Of a stretch of DNA of 43,452 bases, positions 26,747 through 36,597 are shown piece by piece. The stretch is from positions 1 to 43,452 of IMG/VR virus record IMGVR_UViG_3300033153_008579. One strand, written 5' to 3'. Origin of the DNA: a virus. Taxonomy: Duplodnaviria; Caudoviricetes. The notes below the pieces were generated by a model. The model made no database searches, had not been told where the DNA came from, and saw nothing but the letters and a program-made list of their open reading frames with translations. Position 1 is the first letter of the stretch. Every line of letters begins with the position of its first letter. The position numbers and the translations under genes were made by a program.

Positions 26747-27067
26747 CTATTTTTTAAGCATTATATTAATCTGTTCTATAGATTCCTCTGTCCTCTTTTG
26801 TGATTTTTGAATGTCTGAAAGGTCATGCTTCATGTCTCGCACGTCGTTCTTTATCAACTGCCTGTCGTCCTTGTCATCAACAAGACGTGCCCACACACGT
26901 GCTTTTTCAACCTCTGCTACATCCTTCATCTCCTTCGTCTCAACCTCAAGATTGCCTACACGATTGATGAGTACATTATATGTACCCCACACACCAAACA
27001 ATCCAAGCAGAACGGGGAGCAAAAATTTTGCCCAATTATTGATACGCATCGTAGTAGTCTGAGTCAT
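26747..27067 (-). CDS. single-TM coiled-coil membrane protein (possible lysis function)
   Basis: TM segment FLLPVLLGLFGVWGTY followed by a coiled coil. Confidence 0.6.
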   Translation of the reverse strand: MTQTTTMRINNWAKFLLPVLLGLFGVWGTYNVLINRVGNLEVETKEMKDVAEVEKARVWARLVDDKDDRQLIKNDVRDMKHDLSDIQKSQKRTEESIEQINIMLKK

Positions 27068-27087
27068 GGTAATCTCCTATAAAAGAA

Positions 27088-27573
27088 TCAAAGTGAAAAG
27101 CCACTGATATCAACGTCCCAACTGTAAGACCCTGTATCAACAACTAAAACAATCAAGGTTTTATAACCAGCAACATCAAGAATCATCCTTGACATCCCAT
27201 TGTTCCCGTGTGCATCTGCAAGACTAACTTCCTTGCTGTCAACCCATCTATCTTGAAGGGTAATCGTCTCAACATAGTATTTCCCACCTGTTGCAAGTTG
27301 TTGTCCCACAGTGAGCGTCCCAATACATGCCAAACAAAGGTCATCATTTTCACGTGCAAGATAGATATAGGTATCTGCTGCATTATCCTCTGCCAATCCT
27401 AAGAACCTAAGCTCAATAATTGCCATTCCCTCAGCAATAGAATACGAATGTGAATAATTGGAAATATGAGCAAAGGTCATTTGATTAACTGCCATTGCAC
27501 TCTCGTCTGCTGTTATATTAGCACGAAGAGTTGTCCATGGAAGCTGAATTGAACCTCTTCTTGTTGTTTTCAT
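27088..27573 (-). CDS. hypothetical virion protein
   Basis: GAAAGG RBS favours start MKTTRRG at 27573; the ORF track starts at 27648. Confidence 0.65.
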   Translation of the reverse strand: MKTTRRGSIQLPWTTLRANITADESAMAVNQMTFAHISNYSHSYSIAEGMAIIELRFLGLAEDNAADTYIYLARENDDLCLACIGTLTVGQQLATGGKYYVETITLQDRWVDSKEVSLADAHGNNGMSRMILDVAGYKTLIVLVVDTGSYSWDVDISGFSL

Positions 27574-27651
27574 CTTATATTTTGCCTTTCTTATTGTAAT
27601 GAAAAGCCACCCTTTTATTTTGATTTCCTTCCAAAGTTTCTTCCACATTGG

Positions 27652-27903
27652 TCACCTTATCACACCTTTTAATGGTTGATATTCTTCTGAGCCTATTATT
27701 GTTGAACCATCCTCTATGACAACAATATCACCTTTTTCAAGAATCGTGGGGTCTCCTACATAGACTCCGCTCCCTGCAGGTTCTTCAGACATTGAACTAT
27801 CTTCTTCACGAGCAGTCATCGTTCCAGCATTATCATAGTACACACTGAAATCCACTGTTTGACCTGTTTTATAAACACATCGAATTAAATTCTCATTTGC
27901 CAT
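27652..27903 (-). CDS. hypothetical protein
   Basis: 83 aa, in operon. Confidence 0.65.
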   Translation of the reverse strand: MANENLIRCVYKTGQTVDFSVYYDNAGTMTAREEDSSMSEEPAGSGVYVGDPTILEKGDIVVIEDGSTIIGSEEYQPLKGVIR

Positions 27904-28273
27904 CTGTTGTCACACCTTCTAAAATCTCATAAACCCTTCCAACAACAACCGTTGCATACATCTTACCAACAAGAGCCTTGATTTCAACAATCTCTTCATT
28001 CGTCAATTCGACATTCTCATCATTTGAAATCTTTGTTGCAAGAGAATAACGAATGAATTTCTTTACTCCTGTTAGATTTCTTTCATCTTGAGGTGTTGAC
28101 AACAAAGCATTAATACAGGCATCTTTCAAAGTCAAAGGACGAACAGTGCGAATTTGCTCTTGCTCATTAGGTGTTTCTTCTTTGTTAATGAAGTTTGGAT
28201 TGTCTCTGAAGAATGTCTCCTTCAGGGCATTCCCTTCAATGTTCTTCAATACCATTGTAAAATCAAATTTCAT
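27893..28273 (-). CDS. tail fibre-associated hypothetical protein
   Basis: LKDACINALL..KFIRYSLATKI..ELTNEEI pattern, typically seen next to fibre genes. Confidence 0.65.
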   Translation of the reverse strand: MKFDFTMVLKNIEGNALKETFFRDNPNFINKEETPNEQEQIRTVRPLTLKDACINALLSTPQDERNLTGVKKFIRYSLATKISNDENVELTNEEIVEIKALVGKMYATVVVGRVYEILEGVTTDGK

Positions 28274-28285
28274 TTTCTTTCTCCC

Positions 28286-28489
28286 TTACTCAAATTTCGC
28301 CAATGTTTCGTTTATTTCAACCAGTCTTTGCTGGTCTTTAATGATAGAGTTGTTATACATCAATTCTTTCCGTGCTAAACTATCCTCTATGCGCTTTTTC
28401 TGCGATAAATAATAAGATTTCTCAATTTGCCATTTGGCTGTAATCTCGATTATGCCGGGGCTGATAGTTTTTTCGCTTATTGTTTCCAT
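28286..28489 (-). CDS. small coiled-coil protein, possible fibre chaperone
   Basis: 67 aa with RBS, directly after the fibre gene. Confidence 0.6.
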   Translation of the reverse strand: METISEKTISPGIIEITAKWQIEKSYYLSQKKRIEDSLARKELMYNNSIIKDQQRLVEINETLAKFE

Positions 28490-28498
28490 TTGTATTTC

Positions 28499-31315
28499 CT
28501 AATTTTTATATTCCAGAAAACCTTGATAAAGGCTTATCGTATTATCAACGTCATCAGTTTCCCACTGTACCGTAACAATTATATCTAACCCGATTTCTGT
28601 ATTTACTGTACCAAGACCTGATGCGAATACCTCGGCACCTTCGGCAGTTGGGTCACCTATTTTCATGTGTATATGAAAAGCTCTTGAGCCAGCAGCGCCG
28701 ATTGTTCTCTGGCAGGCGTTTCCGTTTACATGCCAGTCTGCACCATCCAATGCCTTTGTATTAGGAGTTAAAGTAACTATTGCATCCCCTGGGTCACCGA
28801 TAGTACCGATGTAAATTCTTAATGTAATATCATCCTTTGTAGCCACATCATTAGTCACAACTCCATCTGCGTGAAACTTAAACATATTGCCGGCAACTAA
28901 ACTATTCGCTGGCATTGTGCCCCGCCATATTTCAGTTTCGACTGCTGTAGCAGTTACAGTCTTAGTTGAAACTATTACATCAGAGGTTCTGTCAATTACC
29001 CTGCATGTTGCTACATTCGTAATACAGAATTTGCCGCCATTAAACTCAATTACTCCAGCTTCGGGCGTAGCCAACGCTGTCCCTGCCTGAAATTTAATAG
29101 GATACCTGCCTGCATCAGCGGCACCGGCAGGAAGCAAAACATTACCTGTAGCGGAAATTTGAAGTTCATTTGTTCCATCGCCGATGTTAGTAGCGTCGTG
29201 TAGTTCTATACTCGTCCCTGCGTACAAGTCTAAAGTACCATCTGCGTCAGAGCCTATTCGCTCGGCTTTATCAGTCTGGCCGAAAGCTATATCGCCTTTG
29301 TGGTATGAATCTCCACCATTTGAATATATCGACCATGCTGTATCAGGCGAGTTTGTCGTAGCGTTGTTTATGTAAATCCCTGTCCAGTTCAGGACTGTCG
29401 TTCCACCATCATATCTGTCAGGCGGTGCATCAATTTCCAAAGGCCTGATATTGAAAGTTCCACCAGTTGGGAAATTAGTAACATCTGCGTTGTTTGCTAT
29501 TAGCCTTAATGCTCGCCATGTATGAGTACCTGCTGTTATAACAGTCCCGTCGCCTGGTACTCCAGCCCCTTGGAGTAAGTTCCTCTGGACATCAAGAGTA
29601 GATGCAGTGTAAGGATTGACATCGTAACCAACAGTGAACAAAACTCCTTGTGATGTTGAAGCACCCCAAAGTTCATAATCATTTAATGCTGAAAATTTAA
29701 GAGCATACTTAGCGGCACTGTCAGTCGACATAAGTATTGATACATCCATCCCCGCATCAAACCCGCTTGTCGTTAAATCGCCAATCGTAAGATAAGTCGT
29801 ACCTACCGGAGAAACACCTGTGCCTATACTCGCATATCCAAATTGGCCGTAGCCGCTTGTTGCAAGATGGTCGTTATCGAAATCAAACAAACCTGCCGAA
29901 TGTTTTAATTTATCTACATCAGCGTCCCATGTAATTGTTTTTGATACCCCACCGTCGTCAATACCAAAAACTAAATCCATGTCCTCTGTTACATTGTGAA
30001 TATGGAAATGGTCGGAAGCAACGTATATTTCGCCGTCTTTGCCCGCTCCAGCCAGGAATTTATCGCTATCATCTGTGACCCAGATATTTCCTTTAACAGT
30101 TAATTTTTCTGTTACAGTAGCAGTTGATAATCCAAAACCAATACCAACATTTAGCCCTGACGCATTTTGAAAAAGAATAACTCCTTCTGCTCCAGCAGAA
30201 CCACCAGCTCCGCCCCCTAAGCCAGCACCACCACTATTGAATTGCAAATTTCCACCATCGCCACCATCAGCAGTAACTCCACCAGAACCACCACTGCCGG
30301 CCCTAAAAAGCTGATTACTGCCTCCGCCGCCATCTACTCCGGCACCACCCTCCGCACCATTTCCAGAGATGAATTCTACATCTGTATCACCCGCGGCCGC
30401 TGCTGCGATAACGTTACCTGAAAACGCTATTGTGCCGGCATCAATAACAAAGTCGTTATTGACGGTTAGGTCTGTGGCTATAGTTACAAGTCCAGTCGGC
30501 CCTATTGTCATTCGTTCTGTAGGACTACCACTTCCATCAGCAGTAGTCCAGAAAGCCAACTCGGTCGGCATATCAGTTCCATCAGAAGGTGCACCGTCTA
30601 TCCTTGCCTCTATCCTTGCTCCTTCATGCCAGCCACTACCATCATATCCCTGAAACGATAGCGTGCCAAGTACAGCGTTATCGTCAACAAGAGCAGGTGA
30701 GGCTCTTGTGTTATCACCCTTACGCATTATCAACTTAGGAGTTGTTGCTTCTGTGTCGTGGAAAGTTGATATGGTAAATTCTGTATCAGCAGAATCTTTT
30801 GAAAGCTCTAATAATGTAGCAGGGTCAGTAAAATCACCAACGCCCATATTACCTGCACTCGTAAGAGCAAAACTTTGGGTGCCGCCCATTTGTATTCTTA
30901 AGTCATCAGAATTCGCTGGCCGAAATATATTTACCTTCGCATCAGGAGTAGCACCCGTAGTCATATATATCGACGTTGCTTCATCTGTAGGAGAATTGAG
31001 TTCCAACCTTGCATTATCAGTAGTACTCTTAATAAGAATACCCGCATTAGATGTTCCACTATTTACATGTAAAATATCTTCGGGAGCATTTGTTCCTATA
31101 CCCAACCGATTATTTACTTCATCATAACCAGAAGTCCCAAAGAGAATCTTGCCCTTAGTCGCATGAGCCGTTGACTGAAGTGTCAAATTCTCACCAGAGG
31201 CAGTCCCACCAATTAAGGTCTGCCCACTTGACCGACCTGCAAGTAAAGCATATTGCGGATGGTCATCACCATCAAGACCACCCATAGAACTATGATGAAA
31301 CGTCTTGACTAACAA
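28499..31315 (-). CDS. long tail fibre / receptor-binding protein
   Basis: AAGGAG plus TTG start; DDHPQY N-terminal motif, GIGTNAP/GNMGVG beta repeats, Gly-rich tract. Confidence 0.8.
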   Translation of the reverse strand: MLVKTFHHSSMGGLDGDDHPQYALLAGRSSGQTLIGGTASGENLTLQSTAHATKGKILFGTSGYDEVNNRLGIGTNAPEDILHVNSGTSNAGILIKSTTDNARLELNSPTDEATSIYMTTGATPDAKVNIFRPANSDDLRIQMGGTQSFALTSAGNMGVGDFTDPATLLELSKDSADTEFTISTFHDTEATTPKLIMRKGDNTRASPALVDDNAVLGTLSFQGYDGSGWHEGARIEARIDGAPSDGTDMPTELAFWTTADGSGSPTERMTIGPTGLVTIATDLTVNNDFVIDAGTIAFSGNVIAAAAAGDTDVEFISGNGAEGGAGVDGGGGSNQLFRAGSGGSGGVTADGGDGGNLQFNSGGAGLGGGAGGSAGAEGVILFQNASGLNVGIGFGLSTATVTEKLTVKGNIWVTDDSDKFLAGAGKDGEIYVASDHFHIHNVTEDMDLVFGIDDGGVSKTITWDADVDKLKHSAGLFDFDNDHLATSGYGQFGYASIGTGVSPVGTTYLTIGDLTTSGFDAGMDVSILMSTDSAAKYALKFSALNDYELWGASTSQGVLFTVGYDVNPYTASTLDVQRNLLQGAGVPGDGTVITAGTHTWRALRLIANNADVTNFPTGGTFNIRPLEIDAPPDRYDGGTTVLNWTGIYINNATTNSPDTAWSIYSNGGDSYHKGDIAFGQTDKAERIGSDADGTLDLYAGTSIELHDATNIGDGTNELQISATGNVLLPAGAADAGRYPIKFQAGTALATPEAGVIEFNGGKFCITNVATCRVIDRTSDVIVSTKTVTATAVETEIWRGTMPANSLVAGNMFKFHADGVVTNDVATKDDITLRIYIGTIGDPGDAIVTLTPNTKALDGADWHVNGNACQRTIGAAGSRAFHIHMKIGDPTAEGAEVFASGLGTVNTEIGLDIIVTVQWETDDVDNTISLYQGFLEYKN

Positions 31316-31317
31316 GA

Positions 31318-31488
31318 TTACTCCTTATCAAGCTTATTTGAGTACTCAAAAGCCTTTTGTAATTGAAAGACTGCAAGTTCAATATCATTCGCAGCAATGA
31401 GTTCATTTGACTCGCTTATATGTTTCTCGTCATGCATCAATCGAATCTCATCTAAGATTCTTTGTACATGCTTGTGGGGAGTTGTCAT
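31318..31488 (-). CDS. hypothetical protein
   Basis: GAAAGGG RBS favours the ATG at 31488. Confidence 0.55.
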   Translation of the reverse strand: MTTPHKHVQRILDEIRLMHDEKHISESNELIAANDIELAVFQLQKAFEYSNKLDKE

Positions 31489-31501
31489 AACAAACCCTTT
31501 C

Positions 31502-31530
31502 AACGATTTCAATTATTGAAACTCATGACT
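31502..31530. repeat. dispersed palindromic repeat copy
   Basis: AACGATTTCAATTATTGAAACTCATGACT; 24 bp identical to 39732-39755. Confidence 0.9.
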
Positions 31531-31831
31531 ATGTATGAATCTTTGTAAAAGTCGCAGCAGTACTGGCAGTCGGTTCAACCTCACAAATGTAGACTGCATC
31601 AGCTCCAGTGTCAAGAACAAGGTCACCTCGTTTCACAGGCCATAACAAGTATCCTGTTGCTGCATCAAGCGTTGGTGTCGTTGTGTGATGATAAACATTT
31701 CGAATTTTACGAGTTGAACCAAACTGAATAACCTCATCATACGTTTGCCCTGCGGTTTTCTTCAAAATTCGGTCAATAACCTGCTTTGCTCTTGCAGTAT
31801 TTCTAAAGACCCCTGTCATCGCATTTGCCAT
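31529..31831 (-). CDS. hypothetical virion protein
   Basis: AAGGAGA RBS, 100 aa. Confidence 0.7.
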   Translation of the reverse strand: MANAMTGVFRNTARAKQVIDRILKKTAGQTYDEVIQFGSTRKIRNVYHHTTTPTLDAATGYLLWPVKRGDLVLDTGADAVYICEVEPTASTAATFTKIHT

Positions 31832-31832
31832 T

Positions 31833-32378
31833 TTATTTCTCCTTTAAAGAACATATAAAGACATTGTTCACATATCTGTAATCACTCCAACCTTCTTGAT
31901 ATTGAAATGCATAATTCAAGGTAAGTCCGTTCTTCAACAAAAAATCACAGAACTCTAAAAACAACCATTCTTGAACATGCTGTACATTCGCAGGGCGTCC
32001 CTTCACTTTTCTTGTTGTCGAAGACTCTGGTGTTGATATAACAATAACACTTCCTGAGTGACTATGATTCTTGATTGACATCAACAAGACCTCAGGACAC
32101 TCCAAGTGTTCAACCACGTCAGCACAGATAATCACATCAAAAAGTTTATTTGTTCTCACTTCTTCATTGAGGTCTTGACAAATCCATTCCCCCCATGGAC
32201 GATAAAATAAATCCAAGTCATAACCTCTTATATCCTCAGTCACGGGCTTAAGCAGCGATTCAAGCTTCTCACCTTCACCACAACCAAAGTCCACAACACT
32301 ACAGGTCTTGTTTAAGAACTGCAAAACAAAAGCATAAACAGGCATTTGATAAACATGACTCTTTACAGAAACTCGCAT
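31833..32378 (-). CDS. class I SAM-dependent methyltransferase
   Basis: VVDFGCGEG, FDVIICADVVEHL, VISTP, HVQEW. Confidence 0.9.
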   Translation of the reverse strand: MRVSVKSHVYQMPVYAFVLQFLNKTCSVVDFGCGEGEKLESLLKPVTEDIRGYDLDLFYRPWGEWICQDLNEEVRTNKLFDVIICADVVEHLECPEVLLMSIKNHSHSGSVIVISTPESSTTRKVKGRPANVQHVQEWLFLEFCDFLLKNGLTLNYAFQYQEGWSDYRYVNNVFICSLKEK

Positions 32379-33349
32379 TCTCCACTCCTTGATATTCTTT
32401 CAATAAGTTTCTGATGACGAAAAAACTTACAATCAACCTTTTGACAATCCTTCACTTTAATCAAACTCAAAAGTTTTCGATGTCTCAAAGAAAACCACAT
32501 GTCACCAAAAGAAGTTGTTAATAGATTTCCAAGCTTCATTTTATCTGCACGATAATAATAATAACAACAAAGATAGACATCTCCAAGATAGTCCACCACA
32601 GTGTGCAAAGGTGAAAGCCAACACTTTACAGATTCCTCTGGAAGAATCCTCTTATAACAAGGAATAGAACACTTGAATTTCCAAAGAAGTTCGTCTTCTA
32701 CAATTTTTTGCTCACAAGATAACTCTTCTGGTTCATGACAAAAACTCTTAAACTGAAGATTGTCAACACCCAATTGTTTTGCTAACACAAAGGCATTAGA
32801 ATAGTGTTCAGACCCATGCAACGACTGACCAACACCAAACTTGATGCCAACTTCACAATCCTTTTTTCTTTCTGTCAGGCTTTTCACATTCTCCAAAACA
32901 CGTTCCCAATGCGATTCATCAACCTTTTTGTACCGTGTATAATCCTTCATCGATGAAGCCTCAAGAGAAATTCGAACAAATGTTGCTGTACGAGCAAAGA
33001 GGTTAATCATCTCTGGTGTTAAACAAACACCGTTAGTAATTACTCCATAAGAACAACCATGTTCAAGAAGCTTACCAATGAAGACATCAAGAAAAGGAAT
33101 CATCAGAGGTTCTCCACCTCCACAAAACTCAAAAGCCGTGACTCCGTTATCAATCAAGTCTTCTATTATTCTCAGACCATCAGACTTGGAAATAACATCC
33201 AACGTCAAAAGGTCTTGATAAGTACATCCAAGACAATTTTGATTACAGACATTTGAAAAATGCAATGTTGCCATGTGTGGACTAATGACAAGGCCATCTC
33301 TTATTGCAAGAGCTTGATCATAAAATCTCAAGATTCTAAATTCGTTCAT
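32363..33349 (-). CDS. radical SAM protein with SPASM/twitch domain
   Basis: CNQNCLGC, GGGEP, ITNG, C..VVDYLGDVYLCC..LGN..C...C; RBS favours start 33349. Confidence 0.92.
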   Translation of the reverse strand: MNEFRILRFYDQALAIRDGLVISPHMATLHFSNVCNQNCLGCTYQDLLTLDVISKSDGLRIIEDLIDNGVTAFEFCGGGEPLMIPFLDVFIGKLLEHGCSYGVITNGVCLTPEMINLFARTATFVRISLEASSMKDYTRYKKVDESHWERVLENVKSLTERKKDCEVGIKFGVGQSLHGSEHYSNAFVLAKQLGVDNLQFKSFCHEPEELSCEQKIVEDELLWKFKCSIPCYKRILPEESVKCWLSPLHTVVDYLGDVYLCCYYYYRADKMKLGNLLTTSFGDMWFSLRHRKLLSLIKVKDCQKVDCKFFRHQKLIERISRSGECEFL

Positions 33350-33350
33350 A

Positions 33351-34106
33351 TCAGGCATTCCTTTCAAGCATAGGTCTTGCAATGAAACCTTCCTCATCCC
33401 CCTCCAGCTTCTTATACAGCCTTAAATTATATTGACAAGCTTTTTGGTCAATCGATGTTTGATGGTCACCATGAGGGCCAATGTGCACAGCCTCAATTGT
33501 ATTATTGAAACACCAAACATTCTCTGTTGGAAAGTTATTAGCCATCCACAAGTCATGTCTCCAGGACTCAATTAAAAAAGGAGGCACTCTTAGCTTGTCA
33601 AAAACATCTCGTGACCAAATAAGAACATCAACTCCACGCTCAATTCTTGACAAGTGCTGTCCACAGACTGCACCTTGAACAAGTTGTTTGCCACGTTCAA
33701 ATGACACATAACGAAAGCGTTTATACTCAGGCATCGCCAACGGACGCATCCATCCACCAAAGGGATATCCAATCGAGTCAAACAAGTCCAACAAGCTATT
33801 TGAAGACAAGACAAAAACATCACCTGCGATATAAACAACATAATCACCAAGCACTGTTTGTTGAGCCTTCTTAATCAGGTCGTCTATAAAGAGTTTTCCA
33901 TAACTCAATCCTCTATCAAGACCACTTTCAACACACGAGACCTGTTGACATCCAAAAGTCATACATGCATCCTTCACACCCTTAGCGTGCCCAAAAACAG
34001 TCACATCGCAGTCCTTCAATGTCATCAACTGTTGTAAGCAAAAGGTTTGAACAATTCCACGATATCCCTTGAAAGGTGCATAGCTGACCAGAAAACTAAT
34101 CTTCAC
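33351..34106 (-). CDS. putative GT-A fold glycosyltransferase
   Basis: VVYIAGDVFV (degenerate DxD position), PPFLIESWRHDLW, AVH..H; sits in the cassette. Confidence 0.55.
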   Translation of the reverse strand: MKISFLVSYAPFKGYRGIVQTFCLQQLMTLKDCDVTVFGHAKGVKDACMTFGCQQVSCVESGLDRGLSYGKLFIDDLIKKAQQTVLGDYVVYIAGDVFVLSSNSLLDLFDSIGYPFGGWMRPLAMPEYKRFRYVSFERGKQLVQGAVCGQHLSRIERGVDVLIWSRDVFDKLRVPPFLIESWRHDLWMANNFPTENVWCFNNTIEAVHIGPHGDHQTSIDQKACQYNLRLYKKLEGDEEGFIARPMLERNA

Positions 34107-34839
34107 AGGCCACCTCCCTCATAAAGTTTTCATAAGCATTATCAGCGTCTTTTTGTGTTGGTAAGAGGGACTCATTAACAAGCGTAGCCTTGTGCCTGTT
34201 AAAAAGTGCAGGATAGTGATCAACAGGGTCAATCTCTTCAGCCTCACCCAAGTGCTTAACAAGAACACGGGTATCAATCCTCAAGTCATATCCCATCTTT
34301 GAAAGTTGTTCAAAGAAGTTTATATCACTCCTCTTGTTGTAAACCTCTCCTGTGTCACTCCTCTGAACTGCTGTGTCCCTGAAGAAGGGATATTCTAAAT
34401 TGTCAAAGACCTTCAGGTCAATCAAGGTACATCCCATCGCAGGGACATCAACCTTATAACTTCGACCATCCAATGGCAGAACCACAGGATAGTATTGCTC
34501 ATCCTTAAGAATAAAACCCACCTGTGCATACGGGGCTTTCCTTTTACAAACCAATCCACTCACTACGACACAGCCTTCGGTATTCGAAGCCAATGTAATC
34601 ACAGCTTCATTGCTCAAGAGATGGTCAGCGTCTACAAAGAATATATGAGAGCACTTATTATCCAAAGCAACTCGTACTAACTTATTTCTTCCTTCAGCAG
34701 TCCGCACACCATCAATGGCAATAAACATAACATCAAAATTCGCCTTTGCTTCAAGCAAAGCTCCCATGTGGTTTGCATAAGCCTTTGGATGAATCCATCC
34801 AAAAGAGTGAATCGCAAACGCAAGTTTTTCAATCTTCAT
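34096..34839 (-). CDS. glycosyltransferase family 2-like
   Basis: GRNKLV..HIFFVDADH, MGCTLI..VF, SDINFF, IDTRVLVKHLG; RBS favours start 34839. Confidence 0.85.
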   Translation of the reverse strand: MKIEKLAFAIHSFGWIHPKAYANHMGALLEAKANFDVMFIAIDGVRTAEGRNKLVRVALDNKCSHIFFVDADHLLSNEAVITLASNTEGCVVVSGLVCKRKAPYAQVGFILKDEQYYPVVLPLDGRSYKVDVPAMGCTLIDLKVFDNLEYPFFRDTAVQRSDTGEVYNKRSDINFFEQLSKMGYDLRIDTRVLVKHLGEAEEIDPVDHYPALFNRHKATLVNESLLPTQKDADNAYENFMREVACED

Positions 34840-34855
34840 TCTTCCTTCCTTTCTC

Positions 34856-34889
34856 AAAAAAGTGAGGGTTCTTTCTCAAACCCTCACTT
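34856..34889 (-). terminator. intrinsic terminator after the capsid genes
   Basis: 11-bp stem AAGTGAGGGTT/AACCCTCACTT with a T-tract on the - strand. Confidence 0.8.
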
Positions 34890-34905
34890 CACCTGTTAAC
34901 AAAGA

Positions 34906-35448
34906 TTACAAACACTTAATCATGACGTCCTTAGTTGCCACTGCTGCACCAGTAGCAGTTGCGACAGTCTCAAGAGCAATGAAGAAATTGGAATATATCG
35001 GAGCAGTGGCAGCATTACCTTGATATGCAAGATAAGTCTGAGCATTAACTGCTACCAATTCACTACCAACTTCAATGTCATCACCACCTGTTGCAGGTGT
35101 TGTCACTCGCACGTCCTGACAATAGCCATAGACTTGAACCCATCCATAACAGATGCCACCAGATGCAGCAATTGCCGTTAGAGCAACACCCGCTGCAACC
35201 ATGAGGTCAGCAGCTACAGGACTGTTCACAGACTTATACAAAGCTACAGAGCCAACATTGCCCACGTCATAACAAACAGGTTGCTTCGCTGTAAACGCAG
35301 TTGCATTACGGTTTTTTACCCACCGATAAGCATTGCCATGCTCATCAATTCGAATGACACCAACACCTTCAACATCTTCTGAATTGGTATCCGTGAGTTT
35401 CGTCTCAAAGAGTTTCTTGAGAGGAGGTTCTCTCATTGAATTAGCCAT
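34906..35448 (-). CDS. capsid decoration/cement protein
   Basis: Directly after the MCP; Ala/Val/Thr-rich; AYRWVK..YGWVQVYG. Confidence 0.7.
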   Translation of the reverse strand: MANSMREPPLKKLFETKLTDTNSEDVEGVGVIRIDEHGNAYRWVKNRNATAFTAKQPVCYDVGNVGSVALYKSVNSPVAADLMVAAGVALTAIAASGGICYGWVQVYGYCQDVRVTTPATGGDDIEVGSELVAVNAQTYLAYQGNAATAPIYSNFFIALETVATATGAAVATKDVMIKCL

Positions 35449-35466
35449 AGTTAAAGGCTCCTTTCA

Positions 35467-36516
35467 TTAATCAGTTGATGCATTATAATCAAGCAAGCCA
35501 TGACGTCTTGGTTGAGTATCAATCAACTGCATCGCAGAAACAATATATGCAACCCTTTCAAGCTGACTGGGTGTAGTGAACCATTCTGTCATGTCAAACC
35601 AATAATTCGGATCATAAACCAATTCAATAAAATCCAAATTAAGGAAGAGCATTTTATCAGAAGCTGAAAGTTCACCAGTCCATGTTAATGGTGCACCCTT
35701 GAAAGTTAAGGTTTCAAACCCTAAATCTGCAGCAAGACGATTGAAAGCCGTTCTTACAATCTGCTGCTTGTCTGATACTTCGTCTTCATAGTACTCATAA
35801 AGGTCTTGGTCACAAACCATGAAATTCGGAGCTGAAACATTTGCTGAAATTGTATTCCAAAAAGTTCTCATGTCAGCAAGCAAGTTCACAGATGATGGAT
35901 CAGTCCCATTTTTGTTATTAGGACGCCACCATGTCTGCGTTGCTCTGTTGATATTCCCATTAGTTGTTCCTGTGTCATACGTCGGACTGGTTGCATCACC
36001 TGCAGGACTCCAAGTACCTCCATAATTCGCATCAGTACCAATTGCTGTAGCTGTAGGAAGAATATCAAAGAACCCGTTCATCTGATTGGCAGCAAAAGCT
36101 TGCCATCTAAACAAATCTTCTTCAAGACCTTGTACACAGTCATTTCTTGCCCCCTCAAGTCGGGTTGCAATGTACGATTTGATTCTGAATTTACCTGCAT
36201 TCTTCTGGTCATCGAGAAGTGCTCTGTTCACATCAATCGCTGTATAGGCCCAATACCACCAAGCCATCGTTTCTCTCTCAGTAACACTTTGCTGCAGCGT
36301 GGTGCCACGAGTGATATTCTGCTTGGTTTTTGTCCCATAACTAACACGACGTGTAATCATCTCAGAGCCAACTTGAGGAGTTAAGCAATTAAACTCTCTT
36401 AGAGCAAGGTACATGACCGTGGCATCCAAGATATTATCAATCGCTTCTTCTCGAATCTCATACCAGGTATTTACAAAATCATCATCGATTGTTCTTGTAA
36501 ATGTTGATAAAGCCAT
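35467..36516 (-). CDS. major capsid protein
   Basis: 349 aa after the scaffold; strong RBS; LGFETLTFKGAPLTW..FLNLDFIEL..QL..PRRHG pattern. Confidence 0.85.
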   Translation of the reverse strand: MALSTFTRTIDDDFVNTWYEIREEAIDNILDATVMYLALREFNCLTPQVGSEMITRRVSYGTKTKQNITRGTTLQQSVTERETMAWWYWAYTAIDVNRALLDDQKNAGKFRIKSYIATRLEGARNDCVQGLEEDLFRWQAFAANQMNGFFDILPTATAIGTDANYGGTWSPAGDATSPTYDTGTTNGNINRATQTWWRPNNKNGTDPSSVNLLADMRTFWNTISANVSAPNFMVCDQDLYEYYEDEVSDKQQIVRTAFNRLAADLGFETLTFKGAPLTWTGELSASDKMLFLNLDFIELVYDPNYWFDMTEWFTTPSQLERVAYIVSAMQLIDTQPRRHGLLDYNASTD

Positions 36517-36597
36517 GATGATTTTCCTTTCCGGTTAAGCTGTTATTAACAATGTTTTCTTTGTCTTTTCATTTAGCTTTTATTCATATAGTATCTC

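Noticed and set aside
28499-31315. Diversity-generating retroelement target in the tail fibre
   Set aside because: No reverse transcriptase gene and no template/variable repeat pair were seen.
36517-36597. Micro-ORFs MNKS and MKRQRKHC upstream of the major capsid gene
   Set aside because: Too short to support, and they could arise by chance in an A-rich leader.
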